A stretch of 64,000 bases of DNA from positions 186,001 to 250,000 of the forward strand of contig JASANG010004128.1 in NCBI GenBank assembly GCA_030248215.1, written 5' to 3'. The stretch is from Enoplolaimus lenunculus. Its lineage: Eukaryota. Below, piece after piece: positions 51,801-64,000 of the stretch; positions within the stretch are counted from its first letter, which is position 1, and each line of letters begins with the position of its first letter. The notes under the pieces are model-generated. The model was not told the DNA's origin and made no database searches. It saw only the letters and a program-made list of their open reading frames with translations. The translations under genes and the position numbers were made by a program.

Positions 51801-54748
51801 GCTTCACGGGACTACACAAACTGAGTCAAATTCGACTCCGCCAGAGTCAAACGTGCAACTCAGTGAGTAGAATTTGACTCTGGCGGAGTCGAATACGACT
51901 CAATTTGTGTAGTCCCGTAGAGCCTATTTCGGAGAGAGTTAATTTGACTCGCGATTTTTTGCAGTGTGTCATTTAAAAATAAATATCTATAACTGATTCA
52001 ACTCATATTAATATTGTAACGACAATGGAGGTTAATATGTACATAGTTCCTTAGATGCTTCTTACCTTTGGTACAAAAACAAGACCCATTGATATTGACG
52101 TACAAAGTATTATTGTTGCAGCAACAAACGCGAAACTTGCATCAGCTTGCGATAGGATAATTAACGTTACCGGTGCTGTGATTGCAGATAAAATCTACAA
52201 AAACAAAACAATACATGTATGACTACTGCTGGCTGGCTCACAAAAACTATGCACGGGCGTCTGCAAAAAATTATATTTGGGGCTGCAATATAGATAGTTC
52301 GCTTAAAAATTATTTTTCACAAAATTTTAGGTTTCTTCATAATTTAGTTTTTCCTCAAAAATTTCGATTTCCCACCAAAATTTTAATTTCGTTCCTAAAA
52401 TGTGCATTCTCACAGCAAAATTTGATTTTGCCGCTAAAATTTGAATTGTCCCGCTAAAATTTGAATGTTCCCGCCAAAATTTGAACTTCCCGTCAAAATT
52501 TAAGTTCTCCCGCCAAAATTTGAATTTTGCCGCTAAAATTTAAATTGTCCCGCTAAAAGTTGAATGTTCCCGCTAAAATTTGAATGCTCCCGCCAAAATT
52601 TGAATATTCCCGCCCAAATTTAAATGTTCCCGCCAAAATTTGAATATTCCCGCATAAAATTTGAATTTCCCGTCAAAATTCAAATTCTCCCGGTAAAATT
52701 TGAATTTCCCGCCAAAATTCAAATTCTCCCGGTAAAATTTGAATTTCCCGCCAAAATTTGAATTTCCCGCCAAAATTTAAGTTCTCCCGCCAAAATTTGA
52801 ATTTTCCCACAAAAATTTGAATTTCCCACCCAAATTTAAATGCTGCCGCCAAAATTTGAATTGTTCTGCAAATTTGGATTTATAACCAATATTTAAGTTC
52901 TTCCGCCAAAATTTGAATATTTCCGCATAAAATTTGAATTTGCCGCCAAAATTCAAATTCTCCAGCCAAAATTTGAATTTCCCGCCAAAATTTGAATATT
53001 AGCGCTAAAATTTGAATTTCCAGCCAAAATTCCAATTCTGCCGCAAAATTTGAATTTTTACGCCAAAATTTGAATTTCCCGCCAAAATTTAAATTCTCCC
53101 CCAGAATTTAAATTGTCCCGCCAAAATTTGAATTTCCCGCCAAAACTTGGTTTTACCCTTAAAATTTGAATTTCTCGCCAAAAGTTAAATTTCTCTCAAA
53201 AGTTGTTATTTCCCGCCTGATTTTCAGCCACCATCACACTTTCAATTTCCTGCCAAATTAAAAAGTCCGCATACTGTTGGCGGATTATGAATTTGTCCGC
53301 TACACTGTTGCCGAAAACGCCTAAATGTCCATCAATTTGTGTCCCAAGTGATGCGACGAAAATTGCTTTTAATAAACGGTATGGACATGTATGCTGTCTG
53401 TTCAAAACGGTTGGGACATTGCATGTGCGGAGCGCACGCATTATAACGTGTGAATGACATAAGTTTACTGTTGCACAAAAGAAACTTTTTGCAGTATATA
53501 CTATTTTTGGCTCACAAATTGTTCCGTTTAACGCTTTGCGCGTTTATTAAATTTGAGTTTTCAAATTTCAAAACAATTCAATCTTCGTTTGTATTTCAAC
53601 ATAAAATTAATCGTCATTTACTGTAGTGTTTGAAATCTGTTCATTTACAGACTCTATAGATTAAAATTCGAAGTAGGGACTTAATAAGTTGGGTAGGCTA
53701 GGGTACGACGGTTCTTAATTCAGCTGAAAATGAGAGACGCTCCCAGGAGGTGTCGAACTTGGTCGACAGGTTATCAGTCCAGTACGCTAACCACTGATCC
53801 ACGCTGCCTCACAATCAACTGCTGAGTTATTCTGTTTTATGCCCGACAAGAACCTCAACATACACATGTATGTTCGTTCTTTCATGTTTTTACCGTTTTG
53901 CATATGAAGGCACTACATATGCATCAACGTTTTACCAATGTGCAGCATTAGCGTGAGGTTTCATTTTGCGTCCATGTATCCGCATGTCACAGGGACCCTA
54001 TTTTAAAATCAGCACCCTGTATTATGATCAGCAGACACTACTGCTTAGGTATTTTAAATGGAAGCGCTCACCACGACATTGTATATTGCCATTCCGATAT
54101 ATCGTGTATCATTAATATACTTCAATTTAACACTTCTTGTGTCGTATGCAAGAAACATTCCGAACAGCAATTGTAGTCCTTTGAAACCGAACACAATCCC
54201 TAAAAAAACTTCAACTCGTCCTGCATCATTTCCACCTAACACATCAAACTAAATTGCTTATTTATTACAAGTCAACAACGCTATCAGAGTTCCGCGACAC
54301 TCAGTGGCGTATACAAGGACAGGATTGGAGGAACGGAAAATACTTCTACCTGGAATTTCTGGCGACTAAGAAGACACTTCCGTCGCAGGCTTTAGACTAA
54401 TAACCCGCTATTTTCACAGTACAACAGTGAGGTTATGGTAAAATTATACGATATATTCCAATCATAACAGAAGCAGCTACAGAATATTATTGTAAAACAT
54501 TAACAAAAAAGATAATAAAATGACTGAGTTTGTCACTAACCAATCCAAATTGATCTTGAGTCTGAATCACAATGCTCCAGTCGCGGTTGAATGAGTACGT
54601 CTTCGTTTGAACTTTCCGGCAGCCGCCAGTCCGGAAATTTTTCCAGCGTCCGATGCAGTGGATCGATTGTTCCCCATAGAAGAATTATTATTGAATCAAT
54701 CACGCATAGCAACAGTACAAAAACCCACAGCGTCCATTGTTTAACAAC
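48866..54748 (-). CDS. gbb-1: GABA-B receptor subunit 1, 3' half (TM4-TM7, coiled coil, long C-tail), 5'-partial. Exons 54748-54541, 54199-54072, 52194-52066, 51180-51046, 50642-50109, 49354-48866
   Basis: In-phase splicing gives ...IILLWGTIDPLHRTLEKF...LIQPRLEHC...WIG|IVFGFKGLQLLFGMFLAYDTRSVKLKYINDTRYIGMAIYNVV|ILSAITAPVT...DASFAF...LVFVPK|...EEEERYRSIVNENEDIKRQIAE|KEVRIVELRKRL. This matches the GABBR1 motifs DPLHRT.E.F, LEHC, LAYET.SV, IND.R..GMAIYNV, ITAPVT, FVPK and IAEKE..V.ELR. The N-terminal exons lie beyond the window. Confidence 0.92.
49549..49638. repeat. 45-bp tandem duplication in the gbb-1 last intron, followed by degenerate aaaatatggcagg repeats to about 49860
   Basis: gtcgaaaaacta(g/a)tatac(t/g)ttactttacaagt(t/g)cta(a/c)gagtccag occurs twice. 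Confidence 0.8.
51758..51966. mobile_element. CACTA/CMC-like (CACTG) fully palindromic MITE
   Basis: cactgtaaaaaat...atttttt gcagtg. The arms are inverted over most of their length, with a 2-bp TG TSD on both sides. Confidence 0.85.
52430..53185 (+). repeat. 19-21-bp tandem satellite (cccgccaaaatttgaattt)n in a gbb-1 intron
   Basis: About 35-40 degenerate units, with at least eight exact cccgccaaaatttgaa copies. Confidence 0.95.
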
Positions 54749-57700
54749 CTAAATTTATCATAATACAAACTGTTACCTATTAAGCTTCAAAACAATTTAC
54801 TGTGTTACTTTTCGAAGAAGTATTTTTGATTTGTAAGAGCATACAACTTTGAATCTGCGACTAAAATTCTGTTACCCTTAATTATTTATGTGTACTGAAG
54901 GTAATGCACTGTGTATTTTATTTTAGACGTTTCATCCAGCGTATATTAAGTACTAACGATATCAACAAAACTAAAAGAAGCTATGTTTGGGAAAGATTCA
55001 AAATGGATAACATTCTCAATTTGACGTACAGACTAAACCAGAGATGCACAAGACCCGCAATACCTGCAGGTAAATGCAGGCCTGGTAAAAAATTTTGACG
55101 CGGGTACATTCGCCAATAGAGTTTCAGAGCGCAGGTAAAAATTTGTGATTCCTTATCCTCGGCGAATTTTGATAACATATTAAAAACACAATAGGTTTAA
55201 CTACATTAGCTCAATCTTCGTTGATTATATTTTATATAAAATAATGGTTTGTTTCTCTATGTGTCAGGGAGCAACCTGACATGTGCATTTGACCCAGACA
55301 GCAAATTGACTTCCGTACCCTGTAAAATTATTCCTAGAGGTTCCGTCAATTTCACTACGACATTTTTCTCTCAACCCACTTACACCTATGGTGTAAGCCA
55401 CTTTAGCTTTAGTGTTAGTGCAATATTAAGATTATCCTATTTACGCCATAGACACATGCAATCAAGCAAACACACATTCAACATCAAATTATTGCCCGTA
55501 ACCTTATGATTTAGATGCATTTGCAACAGGATTATGCAACATACTTGAGTTTGTGTTGCACGCATTGCGCAACTCACATTTTGGGGTTTTACTACTATAG
55601 CCAGCTCTAGATGTTAAACCTTTTCATTAACGGTGGCCACAAACGGTCATTGAAAATGCTGCTAACACTCAATGCGGCAGATATAAATCTCTAATTTTCT
55701 CTATAAAATTACTGGGATAAGTAAAAACGCAACATGCAATCTTGTTACGAATGCGTGCAATGGTATGTTTGTTTTTAAAAGTATCATTCACACTTGACAA
55801 ATTTAATTTGAGTCACGAAGTATAATTAAACTTGACAGCTGACAAGACGCAAACTAAAAGCGTCAGTGCGGCATCTTGAAACATGTATGCATGGTGCTCG
55901 TGCTACCAAATAGATCATTTACGATTAAGTAAATAATTCTTTTAACATGGAAGCCGGTGTGGAGATTTTGCATCTTTTACCGTATCAGGTAAAGCTTATA
56001 TGTAAGACTTAGCAACAGCAAGAGCAACATTGACAGTGAATTTTGCCACAACTTAGACTTATCTTTTTTGAAAATTGCAGTTACCCAAGTTTGTTTTTTT
56101 GCTGTTGGTTATTTTAAGTATCATGTTGATGAACCTTGGCATAAACAATTTCACTATTCTCAAGGTGCGATACAGTCTCTTCTGGCCTCTACCGATTTAC
56201 CTTAGTATGAATAGTTGCAAATTGCAGTTTACAATATTTGAATTAAGAGTATAAACTGAGGATACGGGCGTTTGATATCGATAGAATTTAATAATTATAG
56301 TTTTGACTAATGCATTCTAACCGTATGTTCAAACGCATAATAGTCATGCTTTGCATTTTAAAAACTTGAAATGTTCAACTTATCGGGGTCAGAGTGTAAA
56401 TTTTCTGTGAGTTCGCATAAAATTTCGTTACAATTTGGTTGTTGAGTCTGTTTCCTTCGTTTAATCTTAGTCCGTTTTTTGATGCATCTATACACGCTGG
56501 GCGGTGCTGTTTTTTGTTGAATCTAACCTAAGAAGACTAAAGTCCGAACTGGGTCAATCCAGGTTGGATATTGTTGTGCCGTCCGGACCTATTCAGCGAT
56601 AAACTGGAGTATTTTGTTGTTTTTCTGTTTCTTTTTGCATTTTTCGGATCCTATTATCGGTTAATACAAAACTTTTGAAGTCGTAGGCCTTGCGTAAAAG
56701 GCGCGGGTCTCATTTTTTCTATTTTTGACCACCCTATTTTATCGACAATTTTTCCCCGTACTTCTATTCTGATTTGGACCTCCGGTTGTGTGAAGAGTTA
56801 GCCTATACACGGCAGTCAGTAATTATACCCTGGGGTATAAATGCGCTGCATTAGGCCTTTTCTAGCCCTGAATTTTACGGTAGCGTTGCTCAACCGTGAA
56901 TTATCGGCTGACCAGTTCTAAGAAGTCACCAAATTGCATCACGCTGACAACTAGTGGTCCGATGGAAACGGTTAGGCTAGACGTAAGAACGTACTACAAG
57001 CCTCAAATGGGATACCCACCCCGAACACGAGTAAACGTGAGTAGCATAACTAGACTCGGTAGACAGTTTCGGCACATCACACGGAGAACCCGCCAATGAT
57101 CGGTGACATAGGCTCTAGCCGGGGTTTATAAACTTTGTACTAATCTAAGAAAAGCAGTGCGGAAACACTATTAAGCCGTGACAGAATGCTACATAGCAAA
57201 AAAGCAGAAACTACACATATAAAACAAAACACTACCACTGAAACACTTCAGAAAACGCTGCCTAAAGTGTCAACTAAATAACTCTCAAAGCACAATCGTT
57301 TGTCTGCAAAACGTTAATCAACCAAAAATTGATAAATTAGCACCGTCCGGCTATTGTTCCTGTAACCAATGAATAATTTGCAACATTGGGTGCGCTACTC
57401 ATAGTGCAATGCACGACGCATGCACAGCGGGCAATCATATGTAGCCGTCATGCTTTCACTTCAAGATAATACAATTTTCGACTCAGGTTACTTTCAGAAA
57501 CTAACCATTTTTTCACGGCACTGACGTAAGCGTAAGATTTAGACTTTTTGCTAGGTTTAGGCTACGCTTAAGCTTACGCCTAGCAATATATATGCTTATG
57601 CTACTGTCATGCCCTTCAAAGTAATATTGGCGATTAAATTTTGTATTGCTCAAGTAAACAATAATTAGAAAATGTTATAAGCGCACACATGTGAAAATGC

Positions 57701-59861
57701 ATAACATATAGAGGCACAAAAATAGCGCTAAAAATGTGAAAGCTATGCAAACGATTTCGGTATAATATACAATTAAACCAAACCAAGTGCACAGCCAACT
57801 CAACATACTAGAGCGCATCAAAAAATTTCACAAGAGACATGCGTAGATTTCACAAGACTTGTAAGCCGGGCTTCAGGTTATCAAAGAAAGTTCAAAATAT
57901 TTCTGGGGGCGAGACCCATCTGCGGCTATAGGCCAAAGAGCAAAGCAGGCGGAATTGCATAAACAATGACGTGTAAATAAGAACTATCAATAAAAACAGG
58001 GCCGGAATAACCACTCCCATATATGCAACTGGGTCCCCCGCCATTTAAGGGCCCCACCCAAACCGATTGAAACAAAAACCGCCCAAGTTTTAAAATACGT
58101 CTAGCTTTCGCTCGCTTCGCCAACGAGTTTGAGGGCTCCCACCTTTGAGTTTAAGGCAAGCCCCCACCCCAGTCTGCTCCGGCACTGAATAAAAATACAA
58201 AATTACGCGCCTACGACAAATAAGCGATTTCGGTGACATTCACGTGAAAACGTCGATTGAATTAGACCTGATACCTAATGAGATACAAAAGAATAGGCAT
58301 GGCCGAAGCAGCGATTTGGGGGCCCACCACAAACAGAGACTCGTAACCTAACAAATATTAATCAAAAAATTTGAAAAATATTTTGATCATCGCAAAGGGC
58401 CCCAACCCCGAACTTTTACGGCCCATCCTAGCCTGCTTGCTTACTAAAATGGCTTATAAAGTAATTATTAAGCGAGACGTCTCAAGCTACCAGCCATCCA
58501 TGCATAAGATAACTGATTTCGTGTTTGTACTGTATTCGCTTTTGAAAAAGTCAGGTAACTGCGCATTTGACCGAACAGTAACCAAATATAAAATGTTCCC
58601 AGAGGCAAAAAATAGCAAGCCTGTACATTCTAAACAGGAACTCCTAAGACTTTTTGTTAATTTCCAAGCATAGAAAACGGAATAACATGAAACATGTACC
58701 AGGCCTACAGTGAACCAAATTGAACGTTTTACAAATAAGCTTCCGACTGTTAGCGAAGAAGTGCAAAACTAGCTAATAGTAATGAGACAAGCATCAATAT
58801 CATGCGTGGCATTTCATTACTGACAACACACCTGCATAAAAACAACTGCTATGAGAGGTAAACTACATACAGGTTAAGCAATTGCATACCTATATATTAA
58901 TGCTGGAACGCCCACCTAAATATTTTGGGCAGCGTTCCAACACATTTTTGTCTGTGTTATGGAAATTAAAACTGTATACATTGACAGCGCCTATTGTTTC
59001 GGATGTGGTTTATTTATCTGCAAAGTACTACAGCTTTTCCAAATGCAGTGTTTTAATTTCGTTTACTAAATATAAGGACCAAGGCAACAATTTAGTTTAG
59101 GGAAGGAGAAGCTTTAGTCCAGTTGCACATGTGTATAACTACGTGTACCAGTATATCTAACTTATGTGAAACAAATCATCACACCTTTCAATGTTCAGCT
59201 AAAAAATAAAAAAAACTACTGTAGATACCTACAGTCAGCCGTTTTAAGAAATTTTTGGAACTTAAAGTGCCTAAGTCCTTAAAAACATTTTGTTCAAACC
59301 ATTCCGATAAATATAAAAATTTGAGGAAGCTGCCTTACAAGAAAAATCGTACAGCGGTTAACGAAAAATTCACTGCATTAAAATACAAATTTTTTATACA
59401 GGTGCGTGTAATCACATTTAAATTTACTTATAAATAGTGATTTCTTATGCAACTACAATACCTATGAACTGAACTGCCGTTTGATATTTACTGCAATCAT
59501 CTGCTAATTATTATTTATGTCAGGATTCAGATTAAAAATGACATCTTTTGCAAATACTTGCAGCTGCAAGTTATACGTGCAAATTAAAGCATCAAGTTTT
59601 CGTTGTAAAAACTTGCACGTGTGAATAAGACTTAATACAATTTCGAACTTAGACTGCGGTTTGGCTGTATGCGGGTAATAACAGTTTATTGAAATAAACT
59701 ATTGAAAAAACTAAAACTACTGCACACTACTACAGTAATTTGAACTATAAAATCAGATTCCGGTCGATACTTCCGGGTTGAAAAACAAAAAGGTCAAAGC
59801 AGTCCTAATTCAATTTTAATCGTTTACATAGCAATGAACGTTAGTGCATTGGAATACTCAC

Positions 59862-60214
59862 AGCAAACAACAACATGAATCTGCCAGAGATTTACAAAGA
59901 GTTTGGCGTCGAAAAACTATCATGCTAAATGCTTTAAGCATTACAGATATACATCGAAAAACGTCAGCCTTACTGTCTACGACAGGTATTGCGGAACAAA
60001 CCTGCGTGATCTCCTGTTTACGATGCATTGCCAAGTTTAAAGCAGGCGTTAAGAACGCACTTGGATTCGCTAAAAACTTGACAAAATTTGTTTGACCAGG
60101 AGACGCTGCACCGTGATTGGTTGAGCCTTTATCACATGATACACCATCACCGGCACCAATTCCTCCTGTTCCTCCACTCATTGCTGTTGCCGTTGTATCT
60201 GCTGATGATTTGCT
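59862..60214 (-). CDS. Candidate gbb-1 exon encoding an expanded second intracellular loop
   Basis: ctcacag|AGCAAA... to CT|gtgagt gives a stop-free 353-nt segment (SKSSADTTATAMSGGTGGIGAGDG...MLKAFSMIVFRRQTLCKSLADSCCCL). It is on the gbb-1 strand, upstream of the TM4 exon, and no TM3 exon is visible between them. Confidence 0.45.
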
Positions 60215-61175
60215 CTGTGAGAGATACAAATGTCTTTTATATCGTGCAAATTTGGTAAAATTAAGCAGACGTTTTAAAATATCCATTTAATAATGCATTC
60301 TAATCCTTTTTATGTTATTTTTAGTTACGTTTTTAGGAAACAAAATATATCAAAAATCGGTAGTATCTTCTGGTATTTCACAAACATTACTTTGTCAAAA
60401 ACGATCCCATTAATATGATTTTTTTCACATTTCAGTTCGTCACCTTGTATTCTAATAATTTCATGCACCAATTTTTATTTTTAAAACCGACGCAACGCGA
60501 CAGGATTCAAAAATTGATTTTTGAGTTAAAGCCAGAGTATGACTTGTGAAAAACGTGGCATTGGCAATAGAAACACTCCGCTAATTTTTCATTATTTGAA
60601 ACTTGTTTTTGTATTGTTGTTTTAAAAAAATAATGTTTTCTGGTTTTAAGCTCATCCACCTGCAATTTCAATGCTGTGTATATAATTTGCTCAACTTAAC
60701 GACAAATAATTTGTTCAATCAAAACATTAATTTTTTCCAAAAATTAAAATTTCCAAACTAATTGAGCGAAAAGCTAATATAAAATATGCAATTATTTTCT
60801 AAACTGAGCCACATACGTGATACAATAGCAATTTAAATCAACAATCTGTATAAACTGAAAAATGTTGCTGATGACATTAGGAAAGCTTAGCCAAGGTTAT
60901 ATTTAAACACAAAAACATAGAAAAAAATATCTGCATCAAAAATTATAAATAATTCCACACAACAACGGGGATGAACAATCAAGTTTGAGCAAAACAAATC
61001 GCACATAACGCGCACAAATACTATATATATACTGCACAACACGCCGCAGTCTAAATCATTGTATAAAATTAAACGCAATAGAACTGGATGGTCAGAAGAC
61101 AGTTAAATGAAAATGTTGGCAAATAAATTCTATTTTGTGTCTTCTACACGCAAATTAATATATCATTGCTTAGTT

Positions 61176-61445
61176 CACTGCAAAAAAATTGCGAGTCGAA
61201 CGGAAGCGTTTTCTAACGCTTACTGGATTCCAACTGAAATGACTCTGTAGAGGACGCCTAATTCAACGCGAGACAAAACTGACCCGAGTGTGAATTAAAT
61301 TAAATTCAAAATTAGGTTAAATCAAACTTGAATCACGTAGACTGAGTCAAATTGACCAATAGGAGAAGCACATTCTATTAGCCTCTTGGAATGTGTCGCA
61401 TTATGCCGGACCCAGCACAAAAATGCCACTCATCTTTTCACAGTG
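61176..61445. mobile_element. Diverged CACTG-type MITE
   Basis: cactgcaaaaaaattgcgagtc ... actcatcttttcacagtg, with internal actgagtcaaattgac. Confidence 0.5.
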
Positions 61446-62341
61446 TGCTTTCAAGCAATTTAGGTTCATTTTGTTACAGTTACAAACTGTGTCTTAAATT
61501 TCATAAATATCGCTTAACTATAGAATCCCCAGTAGTTCCGTACAACGCAATACTACATAGACTACGATAAACTTAATGCTGCAGACCCAAGTTGTTTTGA
61601 TTAGCGAATAAATAGTTTTTGAACGAAAGATGTGACCTGACCGGTTAGTAGGTTTCATAAAAGATTGCTTAAACCAATTTTTTGGTTAAATGTTTTCATC
61701 ATACACGGAATGCCATCTTCCAGTGTGACCGTGTTCTCAAATGTGTACAGCACCAATCGCCTGTTGGTGAAAGGTTTGGTAACTTTCTAACCAATGAATG
61801 GTGAGGTAAGAAATTTAGAAATGAGCAATTGCACGAGATCGTCAATTTGAAAACCTGTCGCTAACAAGTGATAGGCGGTACACGCGTTTGACAATATGGG
61901 CCAAGGAGCGAAGGACAAAACTATTATTGCGGTTTACTTAAACTGCCGCAAGACTGCTAATTTTAATTTCATAGACAACGTATCGCATTCTGCGAAACGA
62001 AATAGAAGTACAGCCAGCGTTTTATGTAGGTCATTTACAAATTAATAATTTCTTCAAAACAAGTTTCACTTTTTACGTTCAAAGTAAAAAAACCAAACGG
62101 TCAATGAAATGCAAAATCTAAGTTTTAATATTTAAAATAAGCGGAACTAAACCACGCGCTACAGCTTAGGTTATTGTTCAGTTAAAGCGCTAGAGATAAT
62201 ACGCGAATAAAAGTGTTGTAGATTAAAATTTCTGATTCCTTTCCCAATCTGTTTCACCCAATCAGGTGCGACTTTTAATTCATACAGACAATGACTACTA
62301 ATTACTTGTAAATTCTCATCTGGTATGTTAGAAATAACGTA

Positions 62342-62488
62342 CAGGTCCGTAGCCAGCTCACAATTTTTCAGCAGGAGCATTCAAGGGTTTTTAATGACTT
62401 GCAAACAAGGTTGAAAATTTCGTAGGGGCCAAAATTTTTCCAGCGGGGACTGAGCCCTCACTGCACCCTCCCCTTGGCTACGGGCCCA
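62342..62488. mobile_element. Short hAT-like MITE
   Basis: caggtccgtagcca...tggctacgggccca with a perfect 8-bp TSD ATAACGTA (62334-62341, 62489-62496). Confidence 0.8.
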
Positions 62489-64000
62489 ATAACGTAACCC
62501 TATTCTTAACAATAGTTATAGTCAGTTAAAGACACCGAAACATTAAAACAGTTGTCCAACAATTTGAACTTCTATTTTGTGTTCTGACAGATCAACAATA
62601 TAAATTGTCAAACGAGCTAACTGTTGACGCCTATGCAAGTGTTTTAGAAAGTAAACTCCAGTTTACGCCAATAACGCCATATATAACATCGGCTGTCAGT
62701 AGCATACATGTGAGCAGCACTAAACCTGGTTATCTCCATCAAAATAATATTTTAGCACACTGGTTGAAACAGGACCGTGATTAGAAATGACCTTAATCCC
62801 TATACTTTGAGTATACTACTGAGCAAATTGAAACGCTTACTTTTGCACGAGATTCTTTAGCACTCATTCGGTGAGCACGGAAGACTTTAGCAAACATCGA
62901 TCCATACGACAGCGAAAAGCCATACATTAAGAAGCATAGGCGACTCTGAAAGAAATAGCATTCAAAGTTATTCTAAGTTTACTTGGCGCTGGTAAGCGAT
63001 TATTAAATTCAACGCTGACCTCAAGTGAACATTGGGTCTTGCGAGACACTGCTTTTTGAGCCAAAAATGAATTTTGACAATGAAACGATTCTTGACGGCA
63101 AAACGACTTTAGCAAACGGTATTCCGGTTGTTTCTTGATTGCCTTTATAGTTCAATGCGTGATTGCTCGATTTTTAATATAGTTCATTATAAAGCTTAAG
63201 TTTGATAGAAAAATAATATGAATAGATTACAAGGCCAGCCTGAACGCAAACTTAAAATAACTTTGAAGGAGCACTTTGTTACTTTATATAAAGTGAAATT
63301 GTACTATGGTTTATAAATTATTAATCGAGCGTTCCTACATTTAATACCATACAGAAAAACTCTGTCTATCACTGTGATCCTAACCGATTTAAATTCAAAA
63401 TTTTAAGTAACCAAACTGCTAACAAAAACTATTCATGGTAAAATCAACATACGTGACAAAGAACAGCGAAACCATGCGGTTCAATATAGGCTCCGTCGGC
63501 TGCCACTAAGTACACTGCCAAATTGCAGCAAATGCAGCCAACTAGAAAAATACTGTTGCACAGCGGTTGTGATTCATAGATATGTCTGCAACAAAACATC
63601 GCGTTCTAAAGATGTCGAAACATCTCAGATACTGTCTTAAGCTCGAAGAAATCTTTCCTAAGCCTAAGCCTTAACATTTTCCTAAATTGTTATATAAACT
63701 AAAACCTGGAGGCGTTTACCATCGCCACACCACTATAGGTACTTGAAACTCCAGCGCGAGGCGGCTCTCACGTCATTTACAGATAGTAATCTGTGCATGC
63801 ATGACTTAATCGTTTAGTAAATCTGTGTCTCGCATATTATTTCTCGTGCACAATTTGCGCTGATTTGCTGCACAGTAGAAAACGCTTAATACAATTGCAT
63901 TACAATACTGCTATTATCAATAAATGAAGGTTTTGATATACAGTAAAAGTTTTGCGTAGTTGCAACAGTAGCGGTTTGAGCTGTTAGCGAGTGATGACGT

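Noticed and set aside
52430..53185. CRISPR-like regular repeats and the 66-aa ORF 52573-52773
   Set aside because: The units are head-to-tail with no unique spacers, there are no cas genes, and the context is a eukaryotic intron. The ORF is translated satellite.
1..64000. Autonomous transposase, retroelement ORF, tRNA or rRNA genes
   Set aside because: I recognised no DDE, RT or integrase coding sequence and no structured RNA gene by eye. Short RNAs could be missed without tRNAscan or Infernal.

Overview
AT-rich eukaryotic genomic DNA, almost certainly from a nematode. The evidence is GT-AG introns with tttcag/ttttag acceptors, TTAGGC repeat tracts, a nematode-type ACE-1 and a stand-alone MSP-domain gene. 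I assembled five spliced genes by hand with consistent intron phases: (1) the 3' part of an RNF13/RNF167-like RING-H2 ligase (+, <350-5798); (2) a 131-aa MSP-domain protein (-, 12727-7343); (3) a 604-aa secreted, probably GPI-anchored protein (+, 21307-29146); (4) class A acetylcholinesterase ace-1 (+, 41573-45037); (5) the 3' half of GABA-B receptor subunit 1 (-, >54748-48866). Introns and intergenic DNA are dense with non-autonomous DNA transposons (hAT-, Merlin-, PIF/Harbinger-, CACTA/CMC- and Tc1/mariner-like MITEs, many with intact target-site duplications) and carry two satellites. The most interesting item is gene 3. Its mature protein should start with His and carries LPMO-like histidine-brace motifs, fused through EGF repeats to a DOMON domain that retains candidate Met/His heme ligands. 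It is a candidate self-contained copper-oxygenase plus cytochrome module on an animal cell surface. All assignments come from reading the sequence and recalling family motifs; no searches were run.
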